Of a stretch of DNA of 64,000 bases, positions 62,598 through 64,000 are shown piece after piece. The position numbers and the translations under genes are program-made. The notes under the pieces were generated by a model, which saw only the letters and a program-made list of their open reading frames with translations, was not told the DNA's origin and made no database searches. The stretch is from Felis catus. Lineage: Eukaryota. The stretch lies in NCBI RefSeq assembly GCF_018350175.1, contig NC_058368.1, forward strand, positions 189,040,001 through 189,104,000, given 5' to 3'. The stretch's first letter is position 1; each line of letters begins with the position of its first letter.

Positions 62598-64000
62598 ATA
62601 ATCAAGGAGATTGGCAGAAAATGAGGCTAGAACTTGTCTTGCAGCAAAAGGAGCCACAAACATTTTTGGGTGCAATTCCAGGAGACCATTTCCTCCACCA
62701 ATATTCAGTTGCATGGGTGCAAGTATCAAGTAGAAGGAGATTAATCCAAAGTTGTGGTTTTACCTGATAAGCTCAAACAAAAGATTCAAGGATGTATGCT
62801 AGTTGGTGATATTATGATTTACTATGGAATTGAAGTTGGGGAGGGAGGGAAGATAGGACTTGAAGGTGGATGGGACAGAGAAAAATATTAGGATCAATGG
62901 GTCAGGGATCCCGGTGGGGTGAAAAGAAGGTTGAATCTGGGGCACTGGAGGAAGTAAACTAGAAAATTACAAAGTGGTAAGAAGAGAGTAAGATGCATGG
63001 AAGCGAAATAAAATGGTGTTTGGTTATTTTCAGTTACAAAGTCTAAGGTATGACACAAGAGTGAGTGGTTGAGGTGGGGAATGAACAAGATCATTGGAGG
63101 AGTAGAGACCACAGTATTGAGAAGGCACTGTTTTGGAAGCGTCATCTATGTGTATGTTTCCATACATTCATTCATTTCTTCATTCAAATACTTATGTGCT
63201 GGCCGTGGGCAGAATGGAGTTTTGCTGAGAGCAAGGCTCATAAAACTCAGTAAGAGAGCCCCAGCTAAACCCAAGTGTCCCTGCCTGAGCTTAGGAGATA
63301 GTCTTAGATTGACCTATGTCATGATTATGGGAGCAAAAAAGAAAAAAATACTTATTGAAGTTAGCTTTCAAACTCCTTTGACACCCAAATAAACAATTAG
63401 CTTGGAAGAAAATAAAAATTTCATTCTCTAAACATCCTTCACTGCTTGTTTTAAAAATTATTATTATTATTTGGTCTCCTCAGTAGCTTATATTCATTGT
63501 GTTGATATGTGTGTTTCCTGGGGATTCTACACACTCCAAAATCTGAAGAGTAAGCAAAAATAGTGCTTCTGCTTAAACCCTTCACAGTTTATAGCCACAT
63601 TTACATAACATTAAATAAGTCAACAAAGGCATCATTAGCTCCCATTAAAATATGAGCAAAGAAATTTAAACGAACAAGACAGGCTAATTGGTAAGTAATG
63701 TTGTGTATCAAAAATTATGACTGTAAGATACCCCAGCTAATGAGAAGCCCTACAATCATGTTTACTACATATTTAAAAATTAAATGAAGGTGACTAAAAG
63801 TTAACAGAAAAGATTTTCCTTTTCATTGATGCTATGATATCCGTTTTTCAAAGTTTGAAAGTAATAAGAGATTTTAGCCATCTACCTTGACAAAACATCT
63901 CCTTATAATATATGTGATTTTTACCTTTTCTGTTCTTCTTGAGTTGTAAGCAGGAAAGCCATAGTGTGGGTAGAGAGAAAGGCAGAACTCTGAATTATAC

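Larger units (their letters stand above)
59880..63200 (-). mobile_element. Long degraded L2 region interrupted by two MaLR LTRs
   Basis: cattcatccattcattcac start; gcaaaggccctgtggtgggaat; gagagaaagagtagagtcaaggatgacccc; gaattgacctttggatttagca. Confidence 0.65.

Overview
Mammalian genomic DNA, most likely from a cat-like (feliform) carnivore, judged by four Can-SINEs carrying the feliform-type 'ctctgtgctgacagctcagagcct' segment or close variants and a carnivore-type L1. The first ~25.3 kb hold the 3' end of EBF1 (early B-cell factor 1/COE1) on the + strand. Five coding exons (7708-7773, 8755-8932, 9574-9753, 13420-13614, 22088-22119) splice in frame to give the duplicated HLH helices and the Ser/Thr/Pro-rich C-terminal domain ending AISGMIVPPM*, followed by a ~3.2 kb 3' UTR. 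The rest (~25.3-64 kb) looks intergenic: MIR, L2, L1, MaLR LTR and SINE repeats, plus a repeat-poor, enhancer-like block at ~38.9-41.8 kb. I see no convincing new multi-gene system. The most interesting signals are (1) a 69-nt cassette exon in the last intron (13956-14024), absent from the ORF track, that swaps the EBF1 C-terminus for DQSFVDSSKFSTAGSLPGLAFS*; (2) three locally templated duplications: a perfect 26-bp-stem hairpin at 49915-49971, a 131-bp 98%-identical inverted duplication (29867-29997 / 31154-31284) and a 65-bp direct copy (35138-35202 / 37275-37339); and (3) a strong CTCF motif just past the poly(A) signal. Repeat names and boundaries were recognised by eye and are approximate.
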